Below, piece after piece: positions 50,633-63,847 of a stretch of DNA of 64,000 nucleotides. The stretch is from assembly GCA_951406725.2 (NCBI GenBank), contig OX597817.1, positions 98,022,001 through 98,086,000 on the forward strand, given 5' to 3'. The position numbers and the translations under genes are program-made. A model generated the notes under the pieces. The model saw nothing but the letters and a program-made list of their open reading frames with translations, had not been told where the DNA came from and searched no databases. How positions within the stretch are numbered: position 1 is the stretch's first letter; each line of letters starts with the position of its first letter. The stretch is from Octopus vulgaris. Lineage: Eukaryota.

Positions 50633-51044
50633 TATAAGAAGAGTGTTTATAATTATGAGTAAATCACAATTATAACAGAGTGTGTTGCAAAAACCCTTAC
50701 ATGCTTAGAAATAGCAGTCAAAAACCATTATAAAGCCACTATATTCACTCATATTATACCTCCTCAGAATAAAGCTATGATTTATTCATAATCATAAACA
50801 CTCTTCTTTTATGTAATTTATGATTACATGTTTGGCCATTGATATATTCATAAATAATTATTAATTATGATATATCCTTCATAATGTATTATTACATTCC
50901 TTTTATATATATATATATATATATATACTTATACATATAAAAAAAACCATTGCATGAAGTAGATATGATGCATTTATAAACATATGGTGTGTGTGTATAA
51001 GTGTATGTGAATATATAAGTATGAGTATTCATAGGTATACTCAC

Positions 51045-51131
51045 TAAGATTTCTGGGCTTCTTTTAATGATTTATTCTTCTCTTCTAATGCAGCAATTTC
51101 CTTTTGGAGGGATTTCTTTGATTCTGAAATT
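51045..51131 (-). CDS. RBBP8: Host gene exon (87 nt, phase 2 to 2): (R)ISESKKSLQKEIAALEEKNKSLKEAQKS(Y)
   Basis: Acceptor cttgtatttgcttttag and donor |GTGAGT. Only one frame is open, and it shows a heptad coiled-coil pattern. Confidence 0.7.
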
Positions 51132-51552
51132 CTAAAAGCAAATACAAGTAAGAACAAAAAAATAAAATGCATGAGCAGGTCATTTCTTTTAAACTTTTAA
51201 AGGAGACATGGTGGTTATTAAAATATGGCACTAACTTATGAGTGAAGAATTACAAGTTCATACAATATAACATTTGGTTTATTCTGGTAGCCAATGTATT
51301 ACAATTGTTATATTATGGAGAGGCTTGCACTCTAACAGAAGATGAAGATCACTCAACTATATTAATGCTGTTAGCATAGACACACATGAAACTGAGGGCC
51401 TACCAAAGTGAATGCTATGATGCCAATAAAGTTAGGCAATCTATTACATAATAGACCCTATTGGCATCATATCATACCTTTATTATATTTTATTACATTC
51501 AATTATAATTTGGTGCCTTATCATACCCATCAATTCTTATTTTACACCTGTA

Positions 51553-52620
51553 CTAGCAGAGATACCCAGCATTGTTTGAGATTAAAATGGTATAGCATGT
51601 ATATATATTACAGTTATGTTGAAGCAGGTGATACAGGAAAGTGCAGCATTGATGACAAATCATTTTTGGAGTAAAATGGTGGGCTAATTTGACTAAGTGA
51701 CATGTCATGTATCTGTTTGGAGGATTCCAGACCCTAACCTGTCATGGAAAATTGGGGTGAGGGGTGTGTGATTTTTGAACACACCAAAAAGCTGTCAAAG
51801 GATATACTCTCCTTTGCAGTGGTCGGCACTGCGTCTAACATGACCCATCGTCTGAAGTTTTGACAGCTTCTTCAGGTTTGTTATCCTACATCACTTAAAG
51901 TAAATTTGGAGGAACTTTGGTTGTTCATTTGTGAGTAATAGGGAACCAATGAAGTGATAGACTTGCCCTAGAATTTTGAATATCAGTATAAATCCATGTT
52001 CAACTATCTCCTTAGATGCACCAAACGATGTCATTTGAAATGCAGAGTTGTATTGTCTGATATTGTTCAGAAAATCCTTTGACTGGATGGAAGTGCCTTC
52101 CAGAAGATCCATAACAGCTTGAGGAGGAGCTGGTAGTACTGACAATCTTACCTTACGTCTGAGCAGTACATGCCATTAGTTTCATTTGGAAATTTTAAAG
52201 CTTTGCAGAAATGATAATTTGAGTGTAGCACACCAATATGGACAGAATTATCATTTTTATAAGAATGGGATGGATCATATCTGAAAGCAGCGACAGGAGT
52301 TTCGAAGAAAGAATTTGTAAGTGTTCTGTTTCTGAGAACTACTCTACTGGACCTCTGTTTAATCATTAAAATGTTGTTTTAATGATCTAGCAATAAGTGT
52401 TGCAGCATGCCTTTGCTGATGTTGAGAAAATCTCATCTTGCTTCTGTATTGAGACTCCATTTGATGTGCTGCAGCATGCACTTGCTGATCTTGAAAGTCT
52501 CATCTCCCTTCTCTCTCGACCTTCGGTTTTCTACAATCCTTCTTGCTTTATACTTGTTTCTGGAGAGATTACATCTTTTCTTTGGTGGCATATTTTTTCA
52601 ATATTGTGAACAAAAAAATT
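51553..52620 (-). mobile_element. Helitron RepHel N-terminal relic
   Basis: ORFs 52148-52366 and 51891-52145 contain C.ALKF.NE..G..C, FLNNIRQYNSAFQMTSFG and GQVYH.IGSLL...PKFLQIYF. Probable CTAG 3' end near 51553. Confidence 0.85.
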
Positions 52621-53215
52621 ATGAACATAGACAAAATTATACATTAATCTCTATTTTTGTATGCAGTTGTATATAGTATGTGTTTATTTTTGTATGCAGT
52701 GTAAATTAACCAAACATCAAATTAACCAAATAAAAGCACATGTATGAACTTGCTAATTTAATCGTAAATGCCACAATAATTATTATAGATAAATTTCTTA
52801 ATATATATTTACCATTAAAGGGTAAATATGTAACTGTAAATACCTTGCTACTGCTGCAATAATTATTAACTGGTAATTGAACAGTAAATGTGTTTTCTTA
52901 TATACCTTGGACCTGCCATCTCATTTTTTTTGTCAAGAGTTTCACCTCCAGCCATTTGTTAGGTCAATCAACACACATACACTGATACACCATTCTGCTG
53001 TTGTGGCCGTAAAGACGGAAAGTTGCTGATGCGTAATGTTGTTCATATTAGGATATAAATTATTCATTTATTTCGAATATAATAGAAATAAGACGATGTT
53101 AGTGTTATTACATTAGAATTAAAAGTGAAAGAATAAAAGTGAAACAATATTATATCATATTTCGTTTTTGGATTTGGTTCGCAAGATTCTTTATGTGAGT
53201 TCATGTGTTGAAGCA

Positions 53216-54082
53216 TATTCAGTTGTGTCTGGGGAGAGTCATTTTCTTTTTGTGCCTTATAATTTAACACACTTACCGGTAAAATTTCCACTTATTTCTT
53301 ATTTTTAATTTCCTAAAATTTTCTTGTTGCATCTTGCAACCTTTTCAATAGTCTTGATATAGTAGATATCATACCCCCATACCCACAGTTTACACAGGTA
53401 GAGTAGAATAGTTAGTGGGCTGTTATGTAGATAGATAGATGTGTGTGTGGGGGGGGGGGGTATGTATATGTATATGCACATGTATGTAAGCATATGGATA
53501 TGAAAATAAACAGATCAACATACAGACGGATAGGTACATAGGTTATATGAACAGACAAGCACACATATGCAAATGGAGACTGAAACACATGACCATATAT
53601 ACACACACACTTTACTTCACACAAGGACACATATGGAGACGTGTCCACACATATGGAGATGCACATCCATACATGCAAACACAGTACACAGTCACAAAAA
53701 CACACACACACACTCAGACATGTACACACAAGAAGACAGAGGTGCATACATATACAAACACATGCATACTAAAAAATACAAACAGACATGCAAGTACATG
53801 AATATGCAGACTACATACATGCAGATGCACACACATACATATATGCATATGCACACACATATATACATGCATATATTCATGCATGCATAGGCACACACAT
53901 GCGCACAAACAAAAAGGAACACAGTGTAAATAACAAACAGAGTCAAGAGTATTGAAAAGGTTGCAAGATGCAATGAAAATTTTAGGAAAATAAAAATAAG
54001 AAATAAGTGGAAATTTTACCAGTGAGTGTGTTAAATTATAAGACACAAAAAGAAAATGAGTCTCCCCAGACACAACAGAATA
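53216..54082. repeat. ~140-bp inverted repeat (53216-53357 and 53943-54082) around a (CA)-rich tract
   Basis: TTGTGTCTGGGGAGA..CATTTTCTTTTTGTG...TTGCAACCTTTTCAATA and its reverse complement. Confidence 0.85.
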
Positions 54083-54151
54083 TTATATCACATTACAATA
54101 TAGATCATATTCTTTCACTTTTGACACATAATACTGAACCAGTGCTAATGT

Positions 54152-56712
54152 TCATCTTCATCATCGTTTAACGTCCGCTTTCCATGCTAGCTTGGGTTGG
54201 ACGATTTGATTGAGGACTGGAGAACCAGATGGCTCCACCAGGCTCCAATCTTGATCTGGCAGAGTTTCTACAGCTGGATGCCCTTCCTAACAACAACCAC
54301 TCTGAGAGTATAGTGGGTGTTTTAACGTGCCACTGGCACGAGGGCCAGTTTGGCAGTACTGGCAACAGCCATGCTCAAATGGTGGTTTTTATGTGCCACC
54401 TGCACAGGAGCCAGTCCAGTGGCACTGGCAACGACCTCGCTCGAATGTTTTTTCATGTGCCACTGGCACAAGTGCCAGTAAGGTGATGCTGGAAATGATC
54501 ATGCTGAACTGGTACATTTTATGTGCCACTGGCATGGAAGCCAATTAGCTGCTCTGGCAACGATCACGCTCGGATGGTGCTCTTAGCGCTCCACTAGCAC
54601 AGATGCCAGTCATTGAATTTGATTTCTCTTTTTGATTTCACTTGCCTCAACAGGTCTTTGCAAGCAGAGTTTAGTGTCCAATAAAGGAAAGGTACACATA
54701 AGTGGACTGGTTACACCCCTGGCATAGGCCACGAGATTATGGTCTCACTTGGCTTGCCGGGTCTTCTCAAGTACAGCATATTTCCAAAAGTCTCAGTGAC
54801 TAGTCATTGCCTCGGTGAGGCCTAATATTTGAAGGTTGTGCTTCACCACTTCATCGCAGGTCTTCCTGGGTCTACCTCTTCCACAGGTTCCCTCAACTGC
54901 TAGGGTGTGGCACTTTTTCACACAGCTATCCTCATCCTTCTCACCACATAACCATACCAGCGCAGTCGTCTCTCTTGCACACAACATCTGTTGCTTCTTA
55001 GGTCCAACTTTTCTCTCAAGGTACTTACACTCTGTTGACTATGCACATTGACATTACACATCCATCGGAGCATACTGGCTTTATTCCTTGCAAGCTTACG
55101 CATGTCCTCAGCAGTCATGGCCCATGTTTCACTGCCATGTAGCATGGCTGTTCGTACACATGCATATAAAAAGTCTACCTTTTACTCTGAGCGAGAGGCC
55201 CTTTGTCACCAGCAGAGGTAAGAGCTCTCTGAACTTTGCCCAGGCTATTCTTATTCTAGCAGCTATACTTTCAGCGCACCCTCCCCCACTACTGACTTGG
55301 TCACCTAAGTAATGGAAGCTATCAACTACTTCTAGTTTATCTCCCTGGAATGTGGAGGAAGTTGTTCTCTGCACATTTTCAGTGATTATTGTTCCTGAGC
55401 ATCTGCCACATACAAAAACTATCTTCCCAGTTAGCCTTCTTTTGATATTGCTGCACCTCTTATGTGTCCATAACTTACACTGGGTACATTTTATAGAGTT
55501 TCTACCAACACCTTTTCTACAGATTGAGCAGGGCCATTTACCTGAAGGGATTTGTGGTTTGCCTGCTTTCCTACTTATTAGGACTTTGGTTTTAGCTAGA
55601 TTGACTCTAAGGCCCTTCGATTCTAATCCTTGTTTCCACACCTGAAACTTTTCCTCGAGTTCTGATAGCGACTCAGCAATTAGAGCAAGGTCATCAACAT
55701 AGAGGAGCTCCCAGGGGCATCCTGTCTTGAATTCCTCTGTTATTGCCTGAAAGACTATGATAAATAGGAAGGGGCTGAGGACTGAACTTTGGTGGACCCC
55801 TACCTCTACTCGGAATTCCTTCACTGTATTCGTTGCCAACCCTCACCTTACTGACAGCATCCCTGTACATGGCTTGCACAGCTCTCACTAACCATTCATC
55901 TATCCCTAGTTTCCTCACTGACCACCAGATAAGGAATCAGGAGACCCTGTCAAAAGCTTTCTCCATGTCAACAAAAGTCAGGTACAGAGGTTTATCTTTG
56001 GCTAGATATTTCTCCTGCAGCTGTCTTACCACAAATATAGCATCAGTGGTGTTTTTCCCTGGCACGAACCCAAACTGCATCTCATCTAAACTGACTCTCT
56101 CCCTAATTAGTTGGGCTATGACCCTCTCCGTGACCTTCATTACCTGATTCAACAACTTGATACCTCTGTAATTATTTGTATCTAAAGCGTCACCTTTACC
56201 TTTGTAGCAGTTGACTATGGTGCCGCTACACCAGTCATTGGGTATGACTCCTTCGTGTATCACATGGTTAACTATACGAGTGACTAGCTATAGCCAACAC
56301 TGCCAGATATTTTGAACATCTCTGCAGTGATTCCTGATGGGCCGGAGGCTTTCCCTGTTTTCATATTCTTAATTGCTTTATCTACCAAGGTACTGTCAAT
56401 TCAGATAGCTGTTCCTCTGTTGGGTCGACATTCGGCAGACTCTCCTTCTCCCATTCATTTTCTTTATTCAGCAACCTTTCATAGTGGCTTCTCCACACCC
56501 CTCTCTTTACAGCCTTGTTTAGTGCAAGTGAACTATCATCCATGTGAACACATTTCTCTACAACAACATCACGATTCCCTCTCATACACTGTCTTGCAAC
56601 AAGAAATACCTCAAGTCTTTGGTCCTCATGGTGCAGAACATTGGCAAATTTTTTTTTTATCTGCATCCCCTCTGGCTAAGTAAACCTGCCTTCTAGCTGC
56701 CCTTCTGGCAGT
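54152..56712 (-). mobile_element. RTE LINE (about 2.6 kb, 5'-truncated)
   Basis: ORFs 55937-56263, 55129-55839 (YVDD, C4HC3 finger) and 54918-55145. 3' UTR and tail present. Confidence 0.93.
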
Positions 56713-56838
56713 TATATTGTTTTAATCCAAATGAAAAAAAATTAGATGTTGACACTCAAGGGCTCTGATACTATTACCTAGTAAAATTTGATTTGATTTG
56801 GATGAGCTGTTTGAGAACGCATAGGGAACAGACAAAGA

Positions 56839-57000
56839 ATCTATATAAATGGCAATTTCTGTCTGTCTGTCTGTTACCATCTTAGTGCCTAAACCAGCAA
56901 ACCAATATTCACAAAACTTTGCATACATGATACACTAACATCCAATTCAATAATAGGTTAATTGTATTTCAATAAAACTTTATAATGTGACCACCCAGGG
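56839..57000 (+). mobile_element. Probable Helitron-like 5' end
   Basis: A|TCTATATAAATGGC...(TCTG)n resembles the 5' end of the Helitron at 44015. The 3' end was not located. Confidence 0.4.
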
Positions 57001-57896
57001 ACATTAGGTGAATTATATGATAAAACAAGAAAGCTGCAAAAAGTATTAGTCTGAAGGAAAGATAGTAATAGAGAGAGGGTAACATATCAGTGAAGGCAAG
57101 AACAGCAATTGGAATGGGATGATAATGTTACTACAGCTGTCATATACACACAACGCTGCATGCATACTTTCGTAAATACATAGATACAACACACACACAC
57201 ACAGAAAGAGGGTGTGAGGAATACATAGCTTTAAGGAAAGAGGGAGTTGGTGGCTTTTCTGTTGTCCATTGCAAAGGAACACTCATATACACATACATGT
57301 CTACTAAACACCATTTTAAACTTGTAACTGTGTGTGTGTGAGAGTATGTGTCACATCTTATAACTGTCTGTCGCTCTACTTTTGTAGGGTCTTCCCTGTT
57401 GCTGTCACATATTGAGAGATTTTTAAATTACGTCAAAATTTCCAAATTTGGTATATTGAAATAATTTTCCATGTTAAATCCAATTTTATTATTTATTTGT
57501 TTGAGAAACGTTCTAGAAAAATGTTATTGAGGTTTAAAGTTTAATCAATTTTACCTAATTAGAAAACAGGGTTTGGAAGCTGGCATTTTCTGCATGATAA
57601 CTGTCTATCACAAAATGAAAGCAAAATCATTAGGAGGGGGAATTTTTATTAAAACGAAAGCAAAGCATTAAGATGACCAAAGTTGTAAGAACTTCTGAAG
57701 TTTTAATGAATAAAACCATGTGAAATGGTCAAACAGACATGTAAATAATTTAAAAAGGAAAAAAATCCTCAATGAAATATTTTTGGCGAAAAATTGCACA
57801 AAGCTGTCCTGCTTAAGAGGCCTATCTGTTAGGGAAGGCATGCTCTGACATGGAATAGATGAAAATTTATATAAGACATAAGTGATTGATATGCAC

Positions 57897-57939
57897 CTGT
57901 TTTCCTTTCTCATAGATCTTAAAGATTGTTTTACATGCT
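57897..57939 (-). CDS. RBBP8: Host gene exon (43 nt, phase 1 to 2): HVKQSLRSMRKEN(R)
   Basis: Acceptor aaaatttcag and donor CAG|GTGCAT. Joins in frame to 51045-51131. Confidence 0.55.
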
Positions 57940-59361
57940 CTGAAATTTTATGAATCCTTTTATAAATATTATATTTTTACCATATTACTGTAGTATACTA
58001 TTAATACTACTTTGATTTTACTTCTTACTATGATTAACACATGCTTTTACAGTTATATTCTTAAATATATTTTTTATATTTTTATATTATAATAATTTGG
58101 GTATTATATATTCTTTCATTCTACAATTATTTTGTTATTATTTTTCTTATTTACCCTATACTTGCTATTGTACATTATCCTTATTACCTTATTTTATTTT
58201 ACTTTTCTTCATTCCATTATACTATTTCTAACTACTTTTTAACAATCTTAATTATTTCTATGATATTATTTACAAAGTCAAATCCCCATTTTTTAAATTA
58301 TAATCCCTTTTTTTATTATAACCCCTTTTTTGCATTATAATTTTTATTATAATCTTTCTCTTACTGTTCTATTTTTGTTTTCATATATTTTTTTTCTACA
58401 CGATTTATTGTATACTTCTTTATTTATCTATTTATTGATAGAATGACTACTATTATTCCCCCATTATAGTATAATCTCAGACTTTGTGTCTCTATCACAT
58501 AACCTTCTGGCAATAAAGTGGGCAAGTAAAAAGTTGTTAAATAAGTAAACATATAAATAACTGTGTGACCTTATATTTTGCATTTAACCCTAAAACTCTT
58601 GTTGAATTGAATTAAAAGATAAATGGAACTCTATCTTAATTGCTGGGATGATTCCCCACCACCCACCCACCCACCATCCTCTAATTTCCACCAGTGCTAT
58701 AAATCTTAGGTACACTACTACTCACACATGACAACGTTGTCTTCTGCTATAATACTACTAACTGGAACTAACAAATTAATTCTGCAACCAGCAAGGCTTG
58801 TAGAATCATGAAGATGCATGTGCCATTGGCTTTTGAATGTTTTATTCATGTATTTAACTGATGAAAACAGTTTTTTCTAATGCTGAAATATCTCCATTAA
58901 TCAATTAAAATTTGGAGGGAAAACAGCAGAAGTGAATTGACACATTATCCATCTCTTGCTATTTATTCATTTAAAATTTACCTCTCTTGGGAACTACTCC
59001 TCATGTGATCTGACATATATTATAGACCATATATTTAAAACAATGTGTGTTTCTTGAAACTGATATTTTGTTTATGCATACGATTAACTGAACCAGGCTG
59101 AGTATATCTTTTTGCCTGTACTTCGGTACCCGCATATGCATTCGTCTATCTTTGCTATGTATGCATTTCAGCATAAGATGACATAATGCCTTACAATCTC
59201 AGTACTTGGTTGACTTCAATCCTAATCTTTTGTACATATATATATACATACATATATGTATATATATATATATTTAAACATATAAGCATATATACATATG
59301 CATATAAACTAACACCCACACACACATATATATAAGAGCATATACATATAAACATATATAT

Positions 59362-60051
59362 TGTTGCGCCGCCACTCAGGTCCCAAGACCTTCTGATTCC
59401 ACCATGGGCCCTAAGTCGCGACGATGACACTCAGTAAACCGGAAATCCACCACGGGAAGCGGGGAAGGCAGCAAACGCAGCCAGGAACCAACACAACAAC
59501 AACGAAGAGACACACAGGCGGAAGTTGCGTAATTTAGCAATTTTTTTCAAAACAAAATCAAAGCATTCCAAAACAAAGGTTGACAAATCATGTACAGAGT
59601 TCGAAAAACAATCATTTGCATTTAAACATAATACAGGGTTCGAAAAAAACCAATCATTTGCATTTAAACATAATACAGAGTTCGAAAAACAAATCATTCA
59701 ACATTTGACTCAATACAGTTCGGTCTTTTTCAAGACAAATCATTTTACATTTAACACAAAGTTCACAATCAACAGTATCTTAGAGCTCCAATCTCCTCTT
59801 CTTTTTTTAACATGACATTTCTCAAAAAAAGTTCCTTCTTTTCTTTTAAAAACATTTCCAAGTTCTTTTTTTCCTTACTTTTCTTTTCTCTTAAAAACAG
59901 CCAACAACACACTCTTTTTTTCTTTTCAACGGTTACATCAGGTCCTCTCTCTTTTTTTCATTTCAACATTTACATTTAAGCAGTAGAATTCAAAACATAC
60001 AGAAAAACAACATTACCAGAACATTTGTTTCTTAAATTCGCGCCCGCAACA
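59362..60051. mobile_element. Solo-LTR-like element (690 bp)
   Basis: Termini TGTTGCG...CGCAACA form a 7-bp inverted repeat. Internal ~40-bp tandem units (ATCATTTGCATTTAAACATAATACAG.GTTCGAAAAA). No clean TSD. Confidence 0.55.
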
Positions 60052-60269
60052 ATTTTAACTTCACAAACTCCTACTATAGTGGTCCGGCTTCTTTTATGTG
60101 TCTCTCTCTGCCCCTTCACTGCCATCTGCCTTACTACCTCTCGTCCTGTCTGTCTCTCTCTAGACCCTGACTGTCATCTTCCTTGGCTACCTCTCGCCGA
60201 CTCCACAATCTCTAACTCACTCCCTGGTCCAGGTCTCTGTTCACACTGACCCTCTAACGGTTTCTCGCT

Positions 60270-61570
60270 GACTGACCTTGCAACTTTTTAACAACAGTAA
60301 TTTTACGGACAATATCAATCACAGCATTCCCAGAAACAGGGAATATGCAGGTGATATTGCCTTAAATAGTAATGAAAATAGGGTGAATAGTATCAAATCC
60401 AGCGGTAGTTTTTACAACCATCATAGTAATATGAATGCTGTATTAGTATCGGAAACTAATCCCAATAGATTAAGGTTCTTATCAAATAACTCCAAAATTA
60501 GAAACGCCATTTACCAGTGCAAAATTTATGCTGGTTCCGATGTCTACCTCTATATCGGCGCTACCTCATCTAAATTAGCCACAAGAATATCAAACCATTT
60601 TTCCACGTTTAGGGATAAAACGAAACAACACTCCACTGGGCTAAGCAAATTAGTCTGGCGTTTGAAGAACGCAAATTCAACTTTTAGGCTGGAATGGTCA
60701 ATATTATCGGTGTCTTTACCGTTTGATAAGGGCAAAAAAATCTGTGCCCTGTGTAATTCCGAACTCTTTCATATTCTGTTTGCCCGAGGCCGACTAATAA
60801 ACTCGATTGTTGAGAGTTCTTTCAGATGCCTACACTGGAAAAGGCATACCTTCCACTCATACCAATGAAGTCTAATATAGATAACCCCTGGATTTCCTAA
60901 AAAAATTTGAAAGCTGATACCTCATCCCTTTTAGTATAAAAGACTTTCTCATAGTTGCCAAGAACTACTACCAATCCCAACAGTAACCTTGTATCTTGTC
61001 ATTGCTATTGTGGCCGCCCTCTCCCTATTAAGTTGACACATTCAAACACACAGACACAGTCTTTTCAGTTCTTGACCGTTAATTTTTGCTATCTCTCTCT
61101 CTATGCCTTCCACACACACTTTCACGCATTCAAAGATGCACACACACACACACATTAAGGCAATTTTACACACTCATACATTCGAGCACTCATTCATAAA
61201 ATAAATCAAATATAAACACCAGTCATACAGAATACATTCACTCTCTTTAGTATTCCTATACCTTCCTTCTCCTACCTTGATTCTGTCCTTGAACTATGTC
61301 CAACGGACAATTTCTCCTGCTTTCATCCAATCTGGCGTCACCCCCTATAAGTAGACATTATTTATCATTATTTTCATGGGCTCCTCGTGAGCAGTCGTCG
61401 AAAAGCTTGTTGTGCATTTTGTTGGAGAATTAAGTTCCTGGATTTTCCTGAAGAGAAAGCTGCATAATGGACTCCTTATTCACTCGGAATTAGGGACTTT
61501 GCAGACTTCAAAACATATGTCGAAAATAAAATAAAGGAATTTTGTTAAATCTTCGTTCAGCTCCATTCTT
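60270..61570 (+). mobile_element. Penelope-like element 3' part: GIY-YIG ORF (60278-60868), UTR and pLTR with hammerhead
   Basis: NAIYQC..YLYIGAT, RISNHFSTF, TGLSKLVW.LK, CALCNSE and C.H..H motifs. Hammerhead at 61442-61527. Confidence 0.85.
61442..61527 (+). ncRNA. Type I hammerhead motif in PLE pLTR (G12 to A variant)
   Basis: ATTTTC-CTGAAGA-GAA..CTGCA...TGCAG.CTTC-AAAA-CATAT-GTC-GAAAAT. Confidence 0.65.
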
Positions 61571-61590
61571 TCATATACTTAATATATATA

Positions 61591-61996
61591 AGGAGTGGCT
61601 GTGTGGTAAGTAGCTTGCTAACCAACCACATGGTTCCAGGTTCAGTCCCACTGCGTGGCATCTTGGGCAAGTGTCTTCTGCTATAGCCCCGGGCCGACCA
61701 ATGCCTTGTGAGTGGATTTGGTAGACGGAAACTGAAAGAAGCCTGTCGTATATATGTATATATATGTATGTGTGAATGTGTGTGTTTGTGTGTCTGTGTT
61801 CGTCCCCCTAGCATTGCTTGACAGCCGATGCTGGTGTGTTTACGTCCCCGTCACTTAGCGGTTCGGCAAAAGAGACCGATAGAATAAGTACTGGGCTTAC
61901 AAAGAATAAGTCCCGGGGTCGATTTGCTCGACTAAAGGCGGTGCTCCAGCATGGCCGCAGTCAAATGACTGAAACAAGTAAAAAGAGTAAAAGAGT
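61591..61996 (+). mobile_element. tRNA-derived SINE, copy 3
   Basis: GGAGTGGCTGTGTGGTAAG...GGTTCAGTCCC...GAAACAAGTAAAAAGAGTAAAAGAG. Confidence 0.92.
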
Positions 61997-62006
61997 ATAT
62001 ATATAT

Positions 62007-62199
62007 CATCTTCATCATCATCATCATTGTTTAACGTCCGCTTTCCATGCTAGCATGGGTTGGACGGTTCAACTGGGGTCTGGCAAGCCCGAAGGCTGCA
62101 CCAGGCCAGTCAGATCTGGCAGTGTTTCTACAGCTGGATGCCCTTCCTAACGCCAACCACTCCGAGAGTGTAGTGGGTGATTTTATGTGCCACCGACAC
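62007..62199 (-). mobile_element. RTE 3' tip with (GAT)n tail
   Basis: Near-identical to 27600-27780. Confidence 0.85.
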
Positions 62200-62233
62200 G
62201 GAGTCGAACGAAGATTTTAATACAATTCCTTTA

Positions 62234-62316
62234 CTTTCAACACATGTTTCGAAGACTGCATATTCTTAATTCCGAAGGAATAAAGTGTGCATTATGCTGT
62301 CTTCTCATCAGGAAAG
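62234..62316 (-). ncRNA. Type I hammerhead motif, intact core
   Basis: Minus strand reads CTTTC-CTGATGA-GAAGAC...GTCTTC-GAAA-CATGT-GTT-GAAAG. Confidence 0.75.
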
Positions 62317-63274
62317 ACAAGGAAAATCAATCAGCCTCAAGACGGACAAAAACTTTTCTATGGCTTGTTACATAATGTTCACAGTGATAATGAGTGTTTT
62401 TAAAAATCCGTTAAAAGCAATGACGTCAAAATTGTTTGGAAGAGGAATTTATGAAAATAAGAAGGGGACATTATGCATGCTGTATGTATGTGGATGCGGG
62501 GGTGTTTGCTCTGGTTAATTAGTTTTATTGCTTATGTGTGTGTATGAGTGTGTGTATATAATTGCATGTATGTATATGTGTGTAATTATGTATGTGTTGG
62601 GGATGGTTGTCAAAAAAAATATAGCAGTAAAGCGAGAAATTTGTGTCTGTGTGTTTGATTGAGCGTATGACAGAGACAGATAGGGAGAAAGAGAGAGGGA
62701 GAGGTAGAGAGGAAGAGATAAACATACGCCAGTGACATATAAGGGACGTGAAATTAAATACTAAAACAGGGAAACTATCAATATTATTTATATGAATGGA
62801 AAGTGTGTTTTAACCAGTGCATACACTTATAGGATTTTTCTGTTAATGTGTTAACCAAAGTGAACTTGGTGAAAATGATATGGAAGAGCTCGGAAATACA
62901 AATTCCACAAAATTTCCTGCCCTTATCAAAAGGAAAGGATACAGACAATATGGACCAATCCAGCTTAAAAGTTATATTATTATCCTTAAGACACCAAACT
63001 AATTTACTTAGTCCTGTACTCTGTTGTTTTCTCTTATCTCGGAACGTTGAATAATGATTGGAAATTCTCTGTGATAATTTGGAAGTTGTTGCCCCAATAT
63101 AAAAGAAGACATCAATACCTGTAGAAATTCTACATTGGTAAATTGTATTTTTAATTTTGGAGTTACTGGACAAGAACCTTAATCTGTTAGGGTTTACTTC
63201 GGAGATTGAGACTGAATTATTAATGATATAATTGCTGTTTATATTACTGCTAGTATTAACCAGTACATTACTTC

Positions 63275-63305
<31 letters not shown>

Positions 63306-63764
63306 TGTATTACAACCAGCAATATTCCTGGCAATAGAAATATTGTTGTTGATACCATCAACACTACCATTGTTATTAACCCGACTAGTGCTGTTATTAA
63401 TACTATCATTGCTAACACTAACGTTGCTACGAATGTTGCTACTATCAATACTATTTCTATTAATATTATTGTATGTTTGGTTGGAATTGATAAAAATAGA
63501 GTTGGATCTTCCGGGTGAAGAATCTCTATTTAGCAGCTTGTTATTATGGGAAGCGATAATTTGTGAAAGATTTCTAGTGTTAGAGAATGCAATTCTCACC
63601 TTATGTGAATTTATAATAGAATAATACCTAGAATTCCTCTTCCAAACAATTTTGACGTCATTGCTTTTAACAGATTTTTAAAAACACTCATTATCACTGT
63701 GAACATTATGTAGCAAGCCATAGAAAAGTTTTTGTCCGTCTTGAGGCTGATTGATTTTCCTTGT

Positions 63765-63847
63765 CTTTCCTGATGAGAAGACGGCATAATGCACACTTTA
63801 TTCCTTGGGAATTAGGAATATGCAGCCTTCGAAACATGTGTTGAAAG
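63765..63847 (+). ncRNA. Type I hammerhead motif, intact core
   Basis: CTTTC-CTGATGA (63770-63776)-GAAG...CTTC-GAAA (63831-63834)-CATGT-GTT-GAAAG. Confidence 0.75.

Noticed and set aside
58785-58850. Possible first coding exon MNKTFKSQWHMHLHD
   Set aside because: Only superficial likeness to the CtIP start, and a poor donor (GTTGCA).
58982-59009. Candidate 28-nt exon (HMRSSSQE) with GAG|GTAAAT donor
   Set aside because: It ends in phase 2 while the next exon needs phase 1, and the acceptor is weak.
63232-63624. Leu-rich ORF resembling a signal peptide or membrane protein
   Set aside because: It is the antisense reading of the Asn-rich PLE linker.
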